Shown: one piece after another, positions 62,946-64,000 of the stretch | Position numbering within the stretch: the stretch's first letter is position 1 | Layout: each line of letters starts with the position of its first letter | Virus record (IMG/VR): IMGVR_UViG_3300020193_000004 | Location: 51,145 to 115,144 of that record | DNA length: 64,000 nucleotides | Reading direction: 5' to 3' (one strand) | DNA from: a virus | Notes under the pieces: model-generated | Told to the model about the DNA's origin: nothing | Database searches by the model: none | Seen by the model: the letters and a program-made list of their open reading frames with translations, nothing else | Program-made: the position numbers and the translations under genes

Positions 62946-64000
62946 ATGCCGAATGCGGAACTGACCCTCATCTCGAACATTATCCGGGATGGGGACCTCT
63001 CGTCACTTCGGCGGTCCGGGTTCAACGCGGCGTACCTGCAGACGGAAGAGGCGCGGGAGATGTACCGCTGGCTCACCGCGGCCTTCTCGGACCCGCGGGC
63101 CCCTGGTGTCGTCCCGAGCCTGGAGAGGGTCCGGCGCGTCTTCCCCGAGTTCGACTACCACCCCTCCAGGGACCCGATCGAGGCCCTGATGAAGGAGGTG
63201 ATCGACAACAACGTGAAGGCCGAGATCCGCACACTGGTCGAGGAGGTGGACAGCCTGCTCGACGAGGGGGAGGACCCGCAGGTCATCCTCGGCGCATACC
63301 TTCCCCAACTACGTGAGTTGGGCTTGCAGGGCAGCTCCAGCAAGCACCTCATGATGTCGACCGCCGCCAAGCTCCTGCGTGAGGACTACGACAGGATGCA
63401 GGAGGCTGGTGGGATCACTGGCATCCCCTTCCCTTGGGCGCCCCTCAACAAGGCGACTGCGGGGATGCAGAACGAGGACTTCATCGTCATCTACGCACGG
63501 CCGAAGCAGATGAAGACCTGGGTGGCGCTGGCCATCGCGGTCTACGCCTACATGGCCGGGTACAGGGTGCTCGTGTACTCGAAGGAGATGGCTGACAAGA
63601 TCCTCGTCCGGCGTGCGGCAGCCATCATCGCCGAGGTCGACTACGAGGAGGTGAAGAGTGGCACCCTCTCCGCGCAGGACGAGCGCCGGTTCTTCGACAC
63701 CCTGGAGGGCCTGGAGGACTGGGAGAAGTCCGGCGCGCGAGAGGGCGGGAAGAAGGCGGCCATGACCTTCCTCAGCGACCGGAAGCTGAGCAGCGGGTCG
63801 AAGGGTGCGACGGTCGACCTCATCTCGGCGGAGGCGGAGCGCTTCGGAACCGACCTCATCATCGTCGACGGGTTCTACCTGATGCGCGATGGGCGCACGA
63901 ACCAGCGCAGCCGGGAATGGAAGCAGATCTCGAACATCTCGTCGGACCTGAAGGCGATGGCGCAGGCGCTTCAGGTGCCCGTGGTCGGCACGACCCAGGC
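62946..64000 (+). CDS. dnaB: DnaB-like replicative helicase (truncated by the window end)
   Basis: Not in the ORF track; translated by hand: MPNAELTLIS...GIPFPWAPLNKATAG...YARPKQMKTW...YSKEM...IIVDGFYLM...ISSDLKAMAQALQVPVVGTTQ. Confidence 0.85.
   Translation, partial: MPNAELTLISNIIRDGDLSSLRRSGFNAAYLQTEEAREMYRWLTAAFSDPRAPGVVPSLERVRRVFPEFDYHPSRDPIEALMKEVIDNNVKAEIRTLVEEVDSLLDEGEDPQVILGAYLPQLRELGLQGSSSKHLMMSTAAKLLREDYDRMQEAGGITGIPFPWAPLNKATAGMQNEDFIVIYARPKQMKTWVALAIAVYAYMAGYRVLVYSKEMADKILVRRAAAIIAEVDYEEVKSGTLSAQDERRFFDTLEGLEDWEKSGAREGGKKAAMTFLSDRKLSSGSKGATVDLISAEAERFGTDLIIVDGFYLMRDGRTNQRSREWKQISNISSDLKAMAQALQVPVVGTTQ

Overview
The window is a fragment of a large, high-GC tailed bacteriophage with a contractile (myovirus-type) tail. 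No bacterial housekeeping synteny, rRNA, tRNA or CRISPR array was seen. The minus strand carries morphogenesis genes: tail tube, a very long tail sheath, neck proteins, major capsid protein, scaffold-like proteins, prohead protease, an intein-containing large terminase, a baseplate spike-like protein, a fibre-like protein and portal. It also carries a streamlined beta/beta' RNA polymerase embedded among those genes. Short plus-strand islands hold putative early and replication genes (HTH protein, RNase HII, SF2 helicase, family-4 UDG, DnaB), most of them preceded by a CATAAG motif. The most notable pattern is an apparent capsid-cargo system. Many head-region proteins are punctuated by K-x-A motifs, several share an 'MFKTA..VY..Y' or 'F..EL.K.A' leader, and the KxA-bounded segments include recognisable modules (ADP-ribosyltransferase-like, GNAT-like, SNF2, Dps/ferritin-like, Zn-phospholipase C/Het-C-like, Zn-ribbon) and glycine-zipper hydrophobic hairpins. 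Also present are a free-standing endonuclease VII-type homing element that supplies a replacement 5' end for the gene it split, and a CsrA-like gene with a possible CsrB-like GGA repeat array. All protein calls come from reading motifs by eye; no database search was run.
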